Shown in pieces: positions 1 through 9,215 of a DNA stretch of 64,000 nt. Position 1 is the first letter of the stretch. Each line of letters starts with the position of its first letter. This stretch comes from Gemmatimonadota bacterium (lineage in GTDB: Bacteria > JAAXHH01). The position numbers and the translations under genes were made by a program. Where the stretch lies: the NCBI GenBank assembly GCA_026702745.1, contig JAPPBT010000018.1:32259-96258 (forward strand), given 5' to 3'. Below the pieces are notes generated by a model. The model worked only from the letters and a program-made list of their open reading frames with translations. It was not told the DNA's origin and did no database searches.

Positions 1-921
1 GATCGAGCCGCTCCATACCGGCGTGACCAACCGAACCTCCCTCATAAAACTCCGGGACGACACACGCTACATCCTCCGCGAATACGAATGGCCGTACGAT
101 ACTGATGACGACCTTCAAAGGGTCGAAAAAGAACTGTATTTACACGACCTGTTGCTTAATCACGACGTACCCGTGCCGGCCATTGTCGCGCATCACGATG
201 ATGAAAGTGGACGTGCCGTGCTGATGGAGTTCAAGTCGGGCAGTTACTGGGTGATGTTGTCGATAGCCTGACCGACGGTCAGCGCGCTCAGGCCTGGCGG
301 GATGTCGGCGCCGCGTTTCGAAAAGTGCATTCCATCCAGCTTCCCGATCACAGCGCGGGACTGATCGTCGGACAACACGTTCAGCCCTTCGAAGAAGAAT
401 CCTGGGGCGAATTTCACTACCACCAGGCCGTTCGGCATGCGGAGAACCTGCTGAAGCGGGGACTGGAAACTTGTTTCGACCTGGCGTCGATGAAGCGGGT
501 ACTGAAGCAAGCGGTACCCCTGCTGAACGAAAGACCCCTGGTCCTACTGCACAACGATCCCCATCCCTGGAACGTGCTGGTTCACGAGACAGACGACCAG
601 TGGAGGTGCTCCGCCTGGCTCGACTGGGAGTACGCCTGGTCCGGCGATCCGACCTGGGACCTGGTCAGGCTGGAAATCTTCCGGTTGAAGCCGATCGGCC
701 CCACACCCGTCGCATTCTATGAAGGATATGGCAACACCCCGAAAGATCCTGAATGGACGATCTACGAAATCTCCATCTACCTGTGGATGGCCGACCAGTA
801 CCTGGATGGCGAGGTGGATGAGCAGCGGGTACTCATGCCCACCTACAAGACGGCCATGCGGTACCTGGAAAGGATCGACGAGAAGGTGGAAAGAATCGGT
901 CGGGCGCTTGGGATGCCCTGA
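1..921 (+). CDS. Phosphotransferase (APH/choline-kinase-like) family protein, N-terminus off-window, apparent frameshift near 238-245
   Basis: Open from base 1 in frame 2 (PLHTGVTNRTSLIKL...EFKSG); homology continues in frame 1 (QLLGDVVDSLTDGQRAQAWRDVGAAFRKVHSIQ...). Brenner-like LLHNDPHPWNVLV and DWEYAWSGDPTWDL motifs are typical of aminoglycoside/antibiotic phosphotransferases. A single-base shift joins ORFs 23..271 and 325..921. Confidence 0.55.
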
Positions 922-955
922 TCATCCTGATCCAGGTAAACCTGAAGGGGGACGA

Positions 956-1375
956 ATGCAGATCAAACACCTTTCCATTACGGCATCGAACCCGGAAAGA
1001 GCGGCGGGAATTCTGGCGGAATTGACGGATGGCTCTGTATATCCATTCACATCGAGGACCATGGAAGGCGCCTGGGTATGTGCATGGGACCGTCAGTCCG
1101 GAGAGATGATTGAGTTCATTCCGAACAACTACCTGCTCTACCCCGGAAAACACGCCGCGGAATTCAGGCCGAGTGAAGAAGTACAGAATTTCAATTCGAC
1201 CCATTTACTGCTGGAGACAAAGCAAAGCCTCGACCACTTGAAAGCGGTGGCGGAATCGCATGGACTTCACCACCGCTTTCGGCCGAGGCTAGGCGGACCG
1301 CTCTACGAAGTCTGGCTGGAATCCCAGATCCTGGTCGAATTCGTGTCCGACGAGATCAGGAACCTGACGTCCTGA
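956..1375 (+). CDS. VOC/glyoxalase-like small protein (hypothetical)
   Basis: ATG at 956 preceded by GAAGGGGGACGA (SD). 139 aa. Fold assignment is by size and pattern only and is weak. Confidence 0.45.
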   Translation: MQIKHLSITASNPERAAGILAELTDGSVYPFTSRTMEGAWVCAWDRQSGEMIEFIPNNYLLYPGKHAAEFRPSEEVQNFNSTHLLLETKQSLDHLKAVAESHGLHHRFRPRLGGPLYEVWLESQILVEFVSDEIRNLTS

Positions 1376-1414
1376 CCTTAGGCTTCGCGTCGTGACTTCT
1401 ACGTCAATACCGGC

Positions 1415-1993
1415 TTACTGCCCTTCGATCATACCCAGGATCTCCACCAGGCTGTCGGTCGAAGGCCGGTCGAAGGGGTCCGATCCCACGTACTTGAACC
1501 GAAGGACGCCTTCCTTGTCGATGATGAAGGCCGTGGGAGCTACCTCCGTCCCCTTGTCGGTGTCTATCTCGATCTTGAACTTGGTGGGTATGGCCCGGTC
1601 CGGATCGGCGACAACGCGAAAGGAGAGTTCCTCCCGCGTGACTTTCGACTTGGCGACGAAATCCCTGGTTTGTTCGAGATCTTCGGGATTGATGAAGAGT
1701 AGTTCGGTGTCGAGTGCCGCTATACGTTCGTAATCGGATTGCAACTGCCCCAGTTGCCGTAAGCAAAGGGGTCACCAGTAGCCTATCCAACCGCGGTCGA
1801 CGACCACGAGCAGGTTCTTGCTGCCCTTGTAATCGGCGAAGTTGACGGTCTCGCCGTTGACGTCCTGCAGGCTGAACTCCGGTGCGGCCTCATTCAGCCT
1901 CGGCGCCAGGTTCCGCGGTTGCGCGTCGGCGAACTCCGTCACCAGGCCGACCAGGGCCAGGGCGAAACACCACCGCGCCAGTGTATGAATCAT
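1415..1993 (-). CDS. Thioredoxin-fold (AhpC/TSA/redoxin-like) selenoprotein with signal peptide; in-frame UGA (Sec) at 1772-1774 gives a UxxC motif
   Basis: ORFs 1772..2164 and 1415..1744 are in the same frame, separated only by TGA. Read-through gives ...LLVVVDRGWIGYW-U-PLCLRQLGQL..., with the TGA exactly where redoxins have the first Cys of WCxxC. Start ATG at 1993 follows AGGAGGAAG SD and a signal peptide MIHTLARWCFALALVGLVTEFADA. The C-terminal half has redoxin hallmarks (FIIDKEGVLRF). Confidence 0.6.
1741..1757 (-). promoter_or_regulatory. Candidate bacterial SECIS hairpin (GCAACUG-GGG-CAGUUGC) 16 nt downstream of the UGA
   Basis: Perfect 7-bp stem with G-rich apical loop on the mRNA strand immediately 3' of the in-frame UGA at 1772-1774. 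Confidence 0.35.
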
Positions 1994-2178
1994 GGTCTTC
2001 CTCCTCGTTTCAGATGCGGCGCAATTCGCTTGCCTTTTGTTCCCCTTAATATAACCTACCTCGACACGACTGTTAACTTCAAAATTACTGCCGTCCGCAA
2101 CGATTCCTGTTTCCCCATCGATTTCAATTTTCGCAACCATTTCGCGTCCCCGTAACGTTTCCAAGGAGCCGACTCCCC

Positions 2179-2970
2179 ATGAAGCCAGGCATCACGCAAC
2201 TCTGTCTCGCCCGCCAGGATCTCGAAGCGGATCTCTCGAAGGCCCGAAACTTGGGCTACGAGGCCATCGAACTGGTTTTCTCCGACCAGGGTTCACCGGA
2301 CATAGACGCCTCTACCTCGGAGATCGCCGCCGTGGGGAAGGCCTGCAGTAACCACGGACTCGAATTGTGTTCCATGATCGCTATCCGCGGCGATGCCGGG
2401 TCCCTGCTATCGCCGTCCGCGGACGAACGGGCAAAGCGGGTTGCCATCCTCAAGCGCGGCTTCGAAATCGCCGAGATCCTGGGTGTGGACGCTCTCCTTC
2501 TGCATCCCGGAGCGCTCGATCCCAAGAGTTCCTACGGGACGACCTGGGACAACTTCCGCGACGCCTTGCGCGAGCTCGCGCCCGATGCGGAGCGCCACGG
2601 CACCCGGATCGGCATCGAGAACGTGTGGAACCAGTTCATGCTGAGTCCCCGGGAAGCCCGACAGCTCGTCGACGAAGTGGGCTCGCCCGCTGTCGGTATC
2701 TACCTGGACACGGCCAACATGATCCTCTACGGCTACCCGGACATGTGGATCAAGGAACTGGGCCGGCGGATCTTCAAGGTGCACGTGAAAGACTTCCGGC
2801 GCGGGGAAGGCGCCTGGGTCCAGTTGATGGACGGCGACACGGACTGGCCGGCGGTCATGGCCGAACTGCGCGGCATCGGGTTCGACGGCGCCCTGGTGAG
2901 CGAGGTGGGCGGCGACGATGACACCATGAGACAGACCGCAGAGCGCATCCGGCAGATCATCGCCCTGTAG
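2179..2970 (+). CDS. Sugar phosphate isomerase/epimerase (xylose isomerase-like TIM barrel) family protein
   Basis: 263 aa; SD AAGGAG upstream; pattern GIENVWNQFM...YLDTANM...HVKD is typical of the AP endonuclease 2/xylose isomerase-like family. Confidence 0.75.
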   Translation: MKPGITQLCLARQDLEADLSKARNLGYEAIELVFSDQGSPDIDASTSEIAAVGKACSNHGLELCSMIAIRGDAGSLLSPSADERAKRVAILKRGFEIAEILGVDALLLHPGALDPKSSYGTTWDNFRDALRELAPDAERHGTRIGIENVWNQFMLSPREARQLVDEVGSPAVGIYLDTANMILYGYPDMWIKELGRRIFKVHVKDFRRGEGAWVQLMDGDTDWPAVMAELRGIGFDGALVSEVGGDDDTMRQTAERIRQIIAL

Positions 2971-2997
2971 ATACGGATAGCTGTCCTGGTGACTTCC

Positions 2998-3480
2998 TCA
3001 GCCAAGCTTCCGCGCGTGCTCGACGAGTTGATCGAGTGCAGTGCCCCAGCCCGTGAAAAACCCCAATTCCTCGTGCTTCTGACGGGCGGCTTCGTCGTGG
3101 TGCCGAACAAGCGCACGATAGCGCGTACCGTCGCATTCGGGCGCCATCGTGATGATGGCCGTCATGAACGGTGACGCGCCCGGCCGGTAACCTGGCGCCA
3201 ATGCATCAGTCCAGACAAGCCTCCGATCCTCGACGATCTCCAGATAGCATCCGGTGCCCGATACCTCTTCGCCTTCGGGAGAGCGCATCGTCGTGCCAAA
3301 CGCGCCGCCGGGCTGCAGATCGATTTCACAGGCAACCGTCTGCCACGGCTTCGGCGTGAACCATTGCTTTAATTCCTCGGGCTCTGTCCAGGCACGCCAC
3401 AACTGGGCGGGCGTGACGTCCGGGATGTGACGCTCGAGGACAAGATCCAGGGCTGGATCAATGTCGTCCTGCATGGTCAT
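2998..3480 (-). CDS. SRPBCC / Aha1-domain (activator of Hsp90 ATPase homolog-like) family protein
   Basis: 160-aa ORF of typical size and composition for the polyketide-cyclase/AHSA1 fold family. Confidence 0.6.
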   Translation of the reverse strand: MTMQDDIDPALDLVLERHIPDVTPAQLWRAWTEPEELKQWFTPKPWQTVACEIDLQPGGAFGTTMRSPEGEEVSGTGCYLEIVEDRRLVWTDALAPGYRPGASPFMTAIITMAPECDGTRYRALVRHHDEAARQKHEELGFFTGWGTALDQLVEHARKLG

Positions 3481-3577
3481 GTGCCGACCGCCTATTCGAC
3501 AACGCCACCCGGCGTTCGTGGATAACCGAAACGGGATCTTGCAGGTTGGTTTGGTAAATCGCAGGAAGGGGCTGTCT

Positions 3578-4573
3578 TCAGCGCGCCTTCGAGATGGCTT
3601 CGGCGTACTTGATCACACCGTTTACGTAAGAGTCGATGGGGTTGTAGCTGAAGATGGCCTTGCGTCGCGCGGCATCGGCGGTGTGGTACTTACCCCGTTC
3701 GTTGAGGTACTTTGCCACGCTCATGATGGCATCGGGCCACGAATGCAGGTTGATTTCGCCGTCCCCGTCTCCATCGGCGGCATGGGGCATGCTGGCCGGC
3801 ATGAACTGCGGGTACCCGATGGCGCCAGCCCAGGAACCGTGGAGCGAAAGCGGGTCCACCCCGGTGGCCTTGCTCTGGCGCAGGAGCGCTACCAGGTTGC
3901 CGACGCACCTGCGGCGGATTTTCGCGAATCGTTCCATCTGCCTTTCGGCTACCGCGGCCGTAGCGAGCGGATCGGCTTCACCCCCGGCCGTAATACGTCG
4001 CACGGCTTCTTGCTGGGCTTCCTCCAAGTAGAGAAGCTGGGCGACCAGGACATTGAACACGCGGTAGTTGCCCGTGAACTCGCCCAGTCCGGATTCCCAC
4101 ATCAAGATAGACACGATGTCCTTCGGCGCTACGCCGTAAGTCCGCTCCGCCCGGCCCAGCAGTTCTTTCTTCTCCTCGAGGAACGCAACACCCCGTTTCA
4201 CCCGCTTTTCCGTCAGAAAGACGCGCGAGAAATCCTCGTGGGCCTTGTTTTGAATCGCGACGCTCCGGGGCGTGGCCACCTTGATCAATTGGTTGTTGTA
4301 GACTTCTCGGCTTTCAGGCCGGTCGAACAGGGCCAGGAACTCCGCTTCTGACACGGGCGACCCTCCGCCCTGTCCGGACGCAAGACGCTTGATCAGGTCG
4401 GGCAGGTAAGACGCCGCGGGATGGGTCCGGGGCAGGTCGATAATCGTGGATTTGCGCAGTTCCCAGGATTGCGGGGCATCCAGCGCGGCGACCGGGTCCG
4501 GCCGGATCAACAACAGCGAGACCAGACCGGCAAGAAACACAGACCTTTTCCACGATCTGAACGGGGTATTCAT
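3578..4573 (-). CDS. mltB: Lytic murein transglycosylase (MltB family), secreted
   Basis: Start at M18 (MNTPFRSWKRSVFLAGLVSLLLI is a signal peptide). Family motifs ...MWESGLGEF...GSWAGAIGYPQFMPAS... are present. Confidence 0.7.
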   Translation of the reverse strand: MNTPFRSWKRSVFLAGLVSLLLIRPDPVAALDAPQSWELRKSTIIDLPRTHPAASYLPDLIKRLASGQGGGSPVSEAEFLALFDRPESREVYNNQLIKVATPRSVAIQNKAHEDFSRVFLTEKRVKRGVAFLEEKKELLGRAERTYGVAPKDIVSILMWESGLGEFTGNYRVFNVLVAQLLYLEEAQQEAVRRITAGGEADPLATAAVAERQMERFAKIRRRCVGNLVALLRQSKATGVDPLSLHGSWAGAIGYPQFMPASMPHAADGDGDGEINLHSWPDAIMSVAKYLNERGKYHTADAARRKAIFSYNPIDSYVNGVIKYAEAISKAR

Positions 4574-4683
4574 CAGACGGATCCTTAGTGATGGGTTGGC
4601 GATGCTCAATAAAAACCATTGCATATTTACGGCATGCGGCCGGGCCTGTCAAGGTCATGTAGGGCATTGCGATCATTCGTTTT

Positions 4684-6378
4684 TCAAAACACCAGCTTCT
4701 TCAGCTCGTGTTTCTTCGTGAAGTAGACGCCGTCCCCGTACATCGGACCGGGATTCTGGAAGGCGGACGGCGCTTCGTGAATGGTAGTCACGACGCCGGT
4801 GGCGGGATCGAAACGGTAGAAACAGTCGGTCGTGAATCCGTATATACCGCCATCCGGACCGGTCTGGAGGCCGCCTTCCAGCGACCGCCCGCCCGGCAGG
4901 GAAGCCAGGTGCACGATCCGCCGGTCACCGGCATCGAAAACGAAGAGATTGGACCCTGATCCTGTACGGGCCGTCCCGCATAGCAGGCCGCCGTCCATGA
5001 CGGCCAGCGCGTCGACGGCCGTAACCTCGACCGGGAGCTGGCCTTCCCACACCTTTTTCTCCTTCTCGTAATCCCAGAGGAACAGCGATGCCTGGTCTAC
5101 GCGCGGCTGCGTGCCGGTGCCGCCGTCTATCGTCGTCCCGACGGCCAGCAGGCCATGGGCCTCCAGCCAGGCCAGCGACCAGCAACTGGCCTCCCCGGCG
5201 ATATCGCGATAGGTACCGAAGGTGTCCGTGCCGGGATCGTACCAGGACAGTGGTCCGCCCCACATGCCGTAGTTCGGTACGGAGGCCGTCCACACGCGGC
5301 CCATGGGACCGGCGACCATGGAACGCGGCCGGTAGGAGATTTCGTCCATGCGGCCGAGATCCCGGGGGTTGCTGCCGGTTTCCTTCCCGAATTGATAGGG
5401 CCGGGCGGGATCGTAGACGGACAGCACGGCGCCCGGGTAGGAACAGATGAAGAGCTTGCCGTCCATGTTGGCCATGGAATAGGCTTCGCCGGTGGCGGTG
5501 GTGCATATGCCCAGGTCGTCCGTGGCGCCGGTGGACGGATCGTGGTGAAACAGGTGCAACGGCAGGATGCTCGAACCGTAGATGTTGTCGTCGGGCCCGC
5601 GATGCACCAGGAAGATCTCGCTGCCCGCGGATACGTAGGCCACGGGGATGGTGCGCGTCCTGCCGGACCCCGGTTGGGTAATAGCGATTTCCCGGAACAT
5701 CTGAATTTCCCGGTCCGCGAAATCCGCCGTGGAACCATCGGACATCGGCAGCGGCGGCGCCGGATCCGGAAGGCTATCTACGGGTTCGGCTTCGAAGCCC
5801 TTCAATCTAAAATCGCCCGCGGTCGACCGGATGTAGAGTTGACCGTCGACCGCCCGGTACAGGTTCAGCGATCCCCCGTCTTCCGTGACCACCACGGGCC
5901 CCACGGTCTCGCGCCGGTCCGTGGCCGGATCGTAGACGACCACGTGCGGACGGGTCATCTTGATGTTGCAGGCGATCGTTCCCCCGGCGCCGACGTAGGG
6001 ATAGCAATACATGTCGGTCTCGTCCATCCGCCCGTGGCGGGTGAACGCGCCGGCTGCCGGATCGTAGCTCGTCAAACCAGCCGAACCGTAGCATCCGATC
6101 CAGATCACGCCGTTGTCGTCCTCGTCCATGTTACAGGGAAAGGTATCGTCGGGCAGGTTGATGGCGCCGAGATCTTCCAGTCTTTCCGTCGCGGGATCGT
6201 AACGGTAGAGGTGCCCCGCGTAGGCCGCACCGATGTAGACCAGGCCGTCGCGGGTGCGCAAGGCGCCCGTGGGGAAATTGGCGGTGGGATCAGGCGCCGT
6301 CGCTTGGGACGTCGTGCCGGTGGCCGGGTCGATTTTCACGACGGTGAAGCCCGCCGCCTGCTGGCCCATCACGGCCAC
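4684..6378 (-). CDS. Beta-propeller repeat protein (YVTN/Vgb-like), function unknown
   Basis: 564 aa with a recurring (Y/F)DPxTG motif roughly every 45-55 aa (YDPATE, YDPAAG, YDPATD, YDPARP, YDPGTD, FDPATG), indicating a multi-bladed propeller. Confidence 0.55.
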   Translation of the reverse strand: MAVMGQQAAGFTVVKIDPATGTTSQATAPDPTANFPTGALRTRDGLVYIGAAYAGHLYRYDPATERLEDLGAINLPDDTFPCNMDEDDNGVIWIGCYGSAGLTSYDPAAGAFTRHGRMDETDMYCYPYVGAGGTIACNIKMTRPHVVVYDPATDRRETVGPVVVTEDGGSLNLYRAVDGQLYIRSTAGDFRLKGFEAEPVDSLPDPAPPLPMSDGSTADFADREIQMFREIAITQPGSGRTRTIPVAYVSAGSEIFLVHRGPDDNIYGSSILPLHLFHHDPSTGATDDLGICTTATGEAYSMANMDGKLFICSYPGAVLSVYDPARPYQFGKETGSNPRDLGRMDEISYRPRSMVAGPMGRVWTASVPNYGMWGGPLSWYDPGTDTFGTYRDIAGEASCWSLAWLEAHGLLAVGTTIDGGTGTQPRVDQASLFLWDYEKEKKVWEGQLPVEVTAVDALAVMDGGLLCGTARTGSGSNLFVFDAGDRRIVHLASLPGGRSLEGGLQTGPDGGIYGFTTDCFYRFDPATGVVTTIHEAPSAFQNPGPMYGDGVYFTKKHELKKLVF

Positions 6379-6476
6379 CAGGCAGTCCCGACCAGCCCCG
6401 TCCAGTGTGGGGAAGACCCGGACCCAGTTGACGCTGCGGACCGGTATGCCCAGAGTCTGGATCTTTGGGATGGTGT

Positions 6477-7397
6477 TTATCCTTTACCGGGTTCACGTGA
6501 CCGCCGACGCGCCTCGTCCGCGAAGATGGCCACCGTTTCCACAAGGGTGCGGCTGCGGTCCACGGTCTCAGGCCGTTCGTGGCCGATGGGACTTTCGGCG
6601 ATGAGGCGGAAGATGTGTTCGGCGCCTTCGTGAAAACCGGGCGATACCCCGGCACGTTCGTAGGTCGCCGCGATCTCCTGCATTTCACCGATCCAGCGGA
6701 AGGCTTTGGCCGACAGGCTGTTCACGCCGCCCATCGCCCTGAGCCGCTGGCCCTGGCTTTCGGCGAATTCCGCCAGCAGCTCCTCACTCAGACCCATGAC
6801 TTCGGCGGCGGTCAGTGCCGCGGCATGGAGGGCGGAGGTCCCCTTGGTAACCGAGGCATAGCACATCTTGATGCCCGACGCCCTGCCTACTTCGCCGCCC
6901 AGTGGCCGGACGAGGATTCCGTGGCCGTCGAGTTGCGTGAGTATGGCCTCGTAAGGACCGGAAGCATAGAAGCGGGTCTTCTCGACTGCGCCGGGAGGAC
7001 CGCCGATGATGCCTGCGTCAATGAAGCGCCCTCCGGCGCCGGAGATGACCCGGTCGATCTCTCTCGCCGTATCCGGGGAGACTGCGTTGCAGTCGGCGTA
7101 GGCCGGCGAGGACCCGGCCTGTCTCGAGGCCGCGGTCCGTTTCAACACCTCCGCTACCTTTCTGGCGAGCGCCAGGGCCTGATCGGGCACCAGGATGGAC
7201 AGGATCAGGTCGGTGTCCCGCACCAGAACGTCCAGGTCCGGTTCATCCCGGATGCCCGCGGCCGTCGTCAAAGTACGGGTCCGTTCGCTTCGGCCGGTCA
7301 GGCAGGTGGCAACATCGAAGCCACCCGCCAGGAGGCATCTCCCTACGGAATGTCCCATCTCTCCCGGGCTCAATATGGCGATTCGTCGTACTTCCAT
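6477..7397 (-). CDS. NAD(P)-binding dehydrogenase (6-phosphogluconate/3-hydroxyisobutyrate dehydrogenase-like, DUF1932 C-term)
   Basis: N-terminal Rossmann IAILSPGEMGHSVG; SD GGGGAGGAGAAC before ATG at 7397. Confidence 0.65.
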   Translation of the reverse strand: MEVRRIAILSPGEMGHSVGRCLLAGGFDVATCLTGRSERTRTLTTAAGIRDEPDLDVLVRDTDLILSILVPDQALALARKVAEVLKRTAASRQAGSSPAYADCNAVSPDTAREIDRVISGAGGRFIDAGIIGGPPGAVEKTRFYASGPYEAILTQLDGHGILVRPLGGEVGRASGIKMCYASVTKGTSALHAAALTAAEVMGLSEELLAEFAESQGQRLRAMGGVNSLSAKAFRWIGEMQEIAATYERAGVSPGFHEGAEHIFRLIAESPIGHERPETVDRSRTLVETVAIFADEARRRSREPGKG

Positions 7398-7428
7398 GTT
7401 CTCCTCCCCGTTCCCCTCCCCGCCGGGG

Positions 7429-8070
7429 TCAACTTCGGATCCTCCTGGCCACCATGCGACGGATCACACGGTGGCCTTCATCCACGTCCTCTTCGTGCAA
7501 CACGGTAAACTCGCCGGCGGGAAGCCGGTTCGCGGGTTCGTCTTCTTTGAAGCACCAGTCCGGGTTCTGTGCGGGCCGGTACCGCAGGTGGTCCAGGTTA
7601 AAGCCCTGCCAGGCGATGAGCCCTCCGTCGGCGACCACGGGCCAGGCATAGTCGAAGACCGCCGCCTCCCAGTACATTACGCAGATCACAAGGGCGAATT
7701 TACTATCGGTTGGCGGACGCCAGGATGCCAGGTCCGCTTCCACGCAGGTCAGACGGGGCTCGAGCCCCTTTTCCGCCGCCTCCGTACGCAAATGGTCAAG
7801 CGCTACGTTCGATATGTCGACAGCAAGCACCTCGCGACCGTCGCCGGCCAGGGTGAGAGCCTGGTCCGACTGGCCGCAGGCGAGTTCCAGCACGGGACCT
7901 TCTGGATATCCCAGGGCACCGGCCCGGTCGTACAGCGGGCAAAAACCCTTGGGCGCCAGGCGCTTCGGCGACAGGTACCTTGCGTTCCACTTCAGCCGGT
8001 CGGGATGGTCTTCAAGTGGTTCCGTGCGGGGATTCGTGTTCTTCAATGTGTATCCGCTTCCAATGGCCAA
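7429..8070 (-). CDS. Class I SAM-dependent methyltransferase (TehB-like)
   Basis: 213 aa; LELACGQSDQALTLAGDGREVLAVDIS is a SAM-binding motif I region. The start lies inside a microsatellite (see repeat), so the true start is uncertain. Confidence 0.7.
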   Translation of the reverse strand: MAIGSGYTLKNTNPRTEPLEDHPDRLKWNARYLSPKRLAPKGFCPLYDRAGALGYPEGPVLELACGQSDQALTLAGDGREVLAVDISNVALDHLRTEAAEKGLEPRLTCVEADLASWRPPTDSKFALVICVMYWEAAVFDYAWPVVADGGLIAWQGFNLDHLRYRPAQNPDWCFKEDEPANRLPAGEFTVLHEEDVDEGHRVIRRMVARRIRS

Positions 8071-8142
8071 TGGCCGATGGCCGATGGCCGATGGCCGGTT
8101 GACGGCTGGCCGGCTGATGGCTGGCCGCCTGACGATTGGCCG
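8060..8142. repeat. Microsatellite: CCAATGG/GGCCGAT heptamer x~5 followed by three 15-mers (CTGACGGCTGGCCGG-like)
   Basis: Tandem short repeats at the 5' end/upstream of the methyltransferase gene and 3' of the AstE/AspA-family gene. Confidence 0.8.
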
Positions 8143-8156
8143 TCTAGCCGGATCGA

Positions 8157-9203
8157 TTACGCGGGAATCGACCGCAACGGGTATTCCTGGGCCACGACCA
8201 GGATGTGGCTACCCTGCCTGACCGGCTGGCGGAACGCCTGCGAAAGCACGTAGCCGTCCACGCCCGCGCGTACAGGCCAGGGCGGATCGTCCACGCGGTA
8301 GAAATCGTGCAGGTTTCCCACGGTCTGCCCCGCCGCAACGCGTGCGCCGCAGGCCATGAGCGGTTCGTAGTGACCCGGGAAAGGCGCCGGTACGTAACAG
8401 GCCCGGTCGATTATGGCCGTCAGTTTCTGGGTGCCGTCGGCGTGATGGGCGATGGGCTGGATGTCACCGGCAAGCTGGCCGTGGTGGATGGCCGCGGCCC
8501 GTATGCCGTGCCGCGCATACCGGACGCCGTCGGGATTGACCGATTCTCCCCAGCCCAGTTCGGTGCCGATGGTGATCTTACCCAACCGCTCGGCTTCGCT
8601 GACCATCAGCCCGGGCGTCTCGTTCTGGTAGGCCATCAAGAAGGGCGTGCCGAACCACCGTGCCGTATTTTCGATGACGACCGCCTGTTCCGGATCATCC
8701 ACCTCGTGGAAACTCGAACACAGGGCGAAGTCGAGCTCGGCCCCGCCGGAATGGATGTCCGTCACGACGTGCACACGGGGCCAGAGATATTCCCGCACAA
8801 ACCCGGCGATCCGGTGGGTGATGCCCGCGAGGGCCGGCGAGGTGCCGGCGCCGTCCACGAACGCCCGGTTCAGGTTGACCCCGTCGTCGGCGTCGCTGGC
8901 CCGGCGGCCCGCGTGAAAGGCAGCGGGGTTGAGCACGGGAATGAAGATCAGACGCCCCTTGACGGCTACCAGCTCGATCTCCTGAAGCAGTACCTTGACC
9001 GCCACCGGTCCTTCGTATTCGTTGCCGTGGTTGGAACCTGTGGCGAGAAGGCCTTCGCCTTCGCGCGCGTCAGGTCCGACCATGACCGTCAGGGGGATGA
9101 GATGGTCCGCCCAGAGTGAATCGTGTTCGAGGGCGACCCAGTAGTCCCGGCGCCCGGGCGAATCGAGATCGAGTTTATCGGGCCGGACGACTTCACGAGG
9201 CAT
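8157..9203 (-). CDS. Succinylglutamate desuccinylase/aspartoacylase (AstE/AspA) family zinc hydrolase
   Basis: Family signature GSNHGNEYEG (HGNE zinc site) and DIHSGG. Confidence 0.75.
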   Translation of the reverse strand: MPREVVRPDKLDLDSPGRRDYWVALEHDSLWADHLIPLTVMVGPDAREGEGLLATGSNHGNEYEGPVAVKVLLQEIELVAVKGRLIFIPVLNPAAFHAGRRASDADDGVNLNRAFVDGAGTSPALAGITHRIAGFVREYLWPRVHVVTDIHSGGAELDFALCSSFHEVDDPEQAVVIENTARWFGTPFLMAYQNETPGLMVSEAERLGKITIGTELGWGESVNPDGVRYARHGIRAAAIHHGQLAGDIQPIAHHADGTQKLTAIIDRACYVPAPFPGHYEPLMACGARVAAGQTVGNLHDFYRVDDPPWPVRAGVDGYVLSQAFRQPVRQGSHILVVAQEYPLRSIPA

Positions 9204-9215
9204 GGGGGATTCCTT

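Noticed and set aside
5155-6633. Long antisense ORFs (e.g. 5155..6633 +, 19194..21173 +, 24364..26229 +, 39277..42072 -, 10017..11285 +)
   Set aside because: They lie opposite genes with clear family signatures (beta-propeller, nrdJ, ADOP permease, TPP enzyme, UxaA). Their translations are Arg/Gly/Pro-rich low-complexity sequences typical of GC-driven spurious ORFs, and they have no SD or start context.
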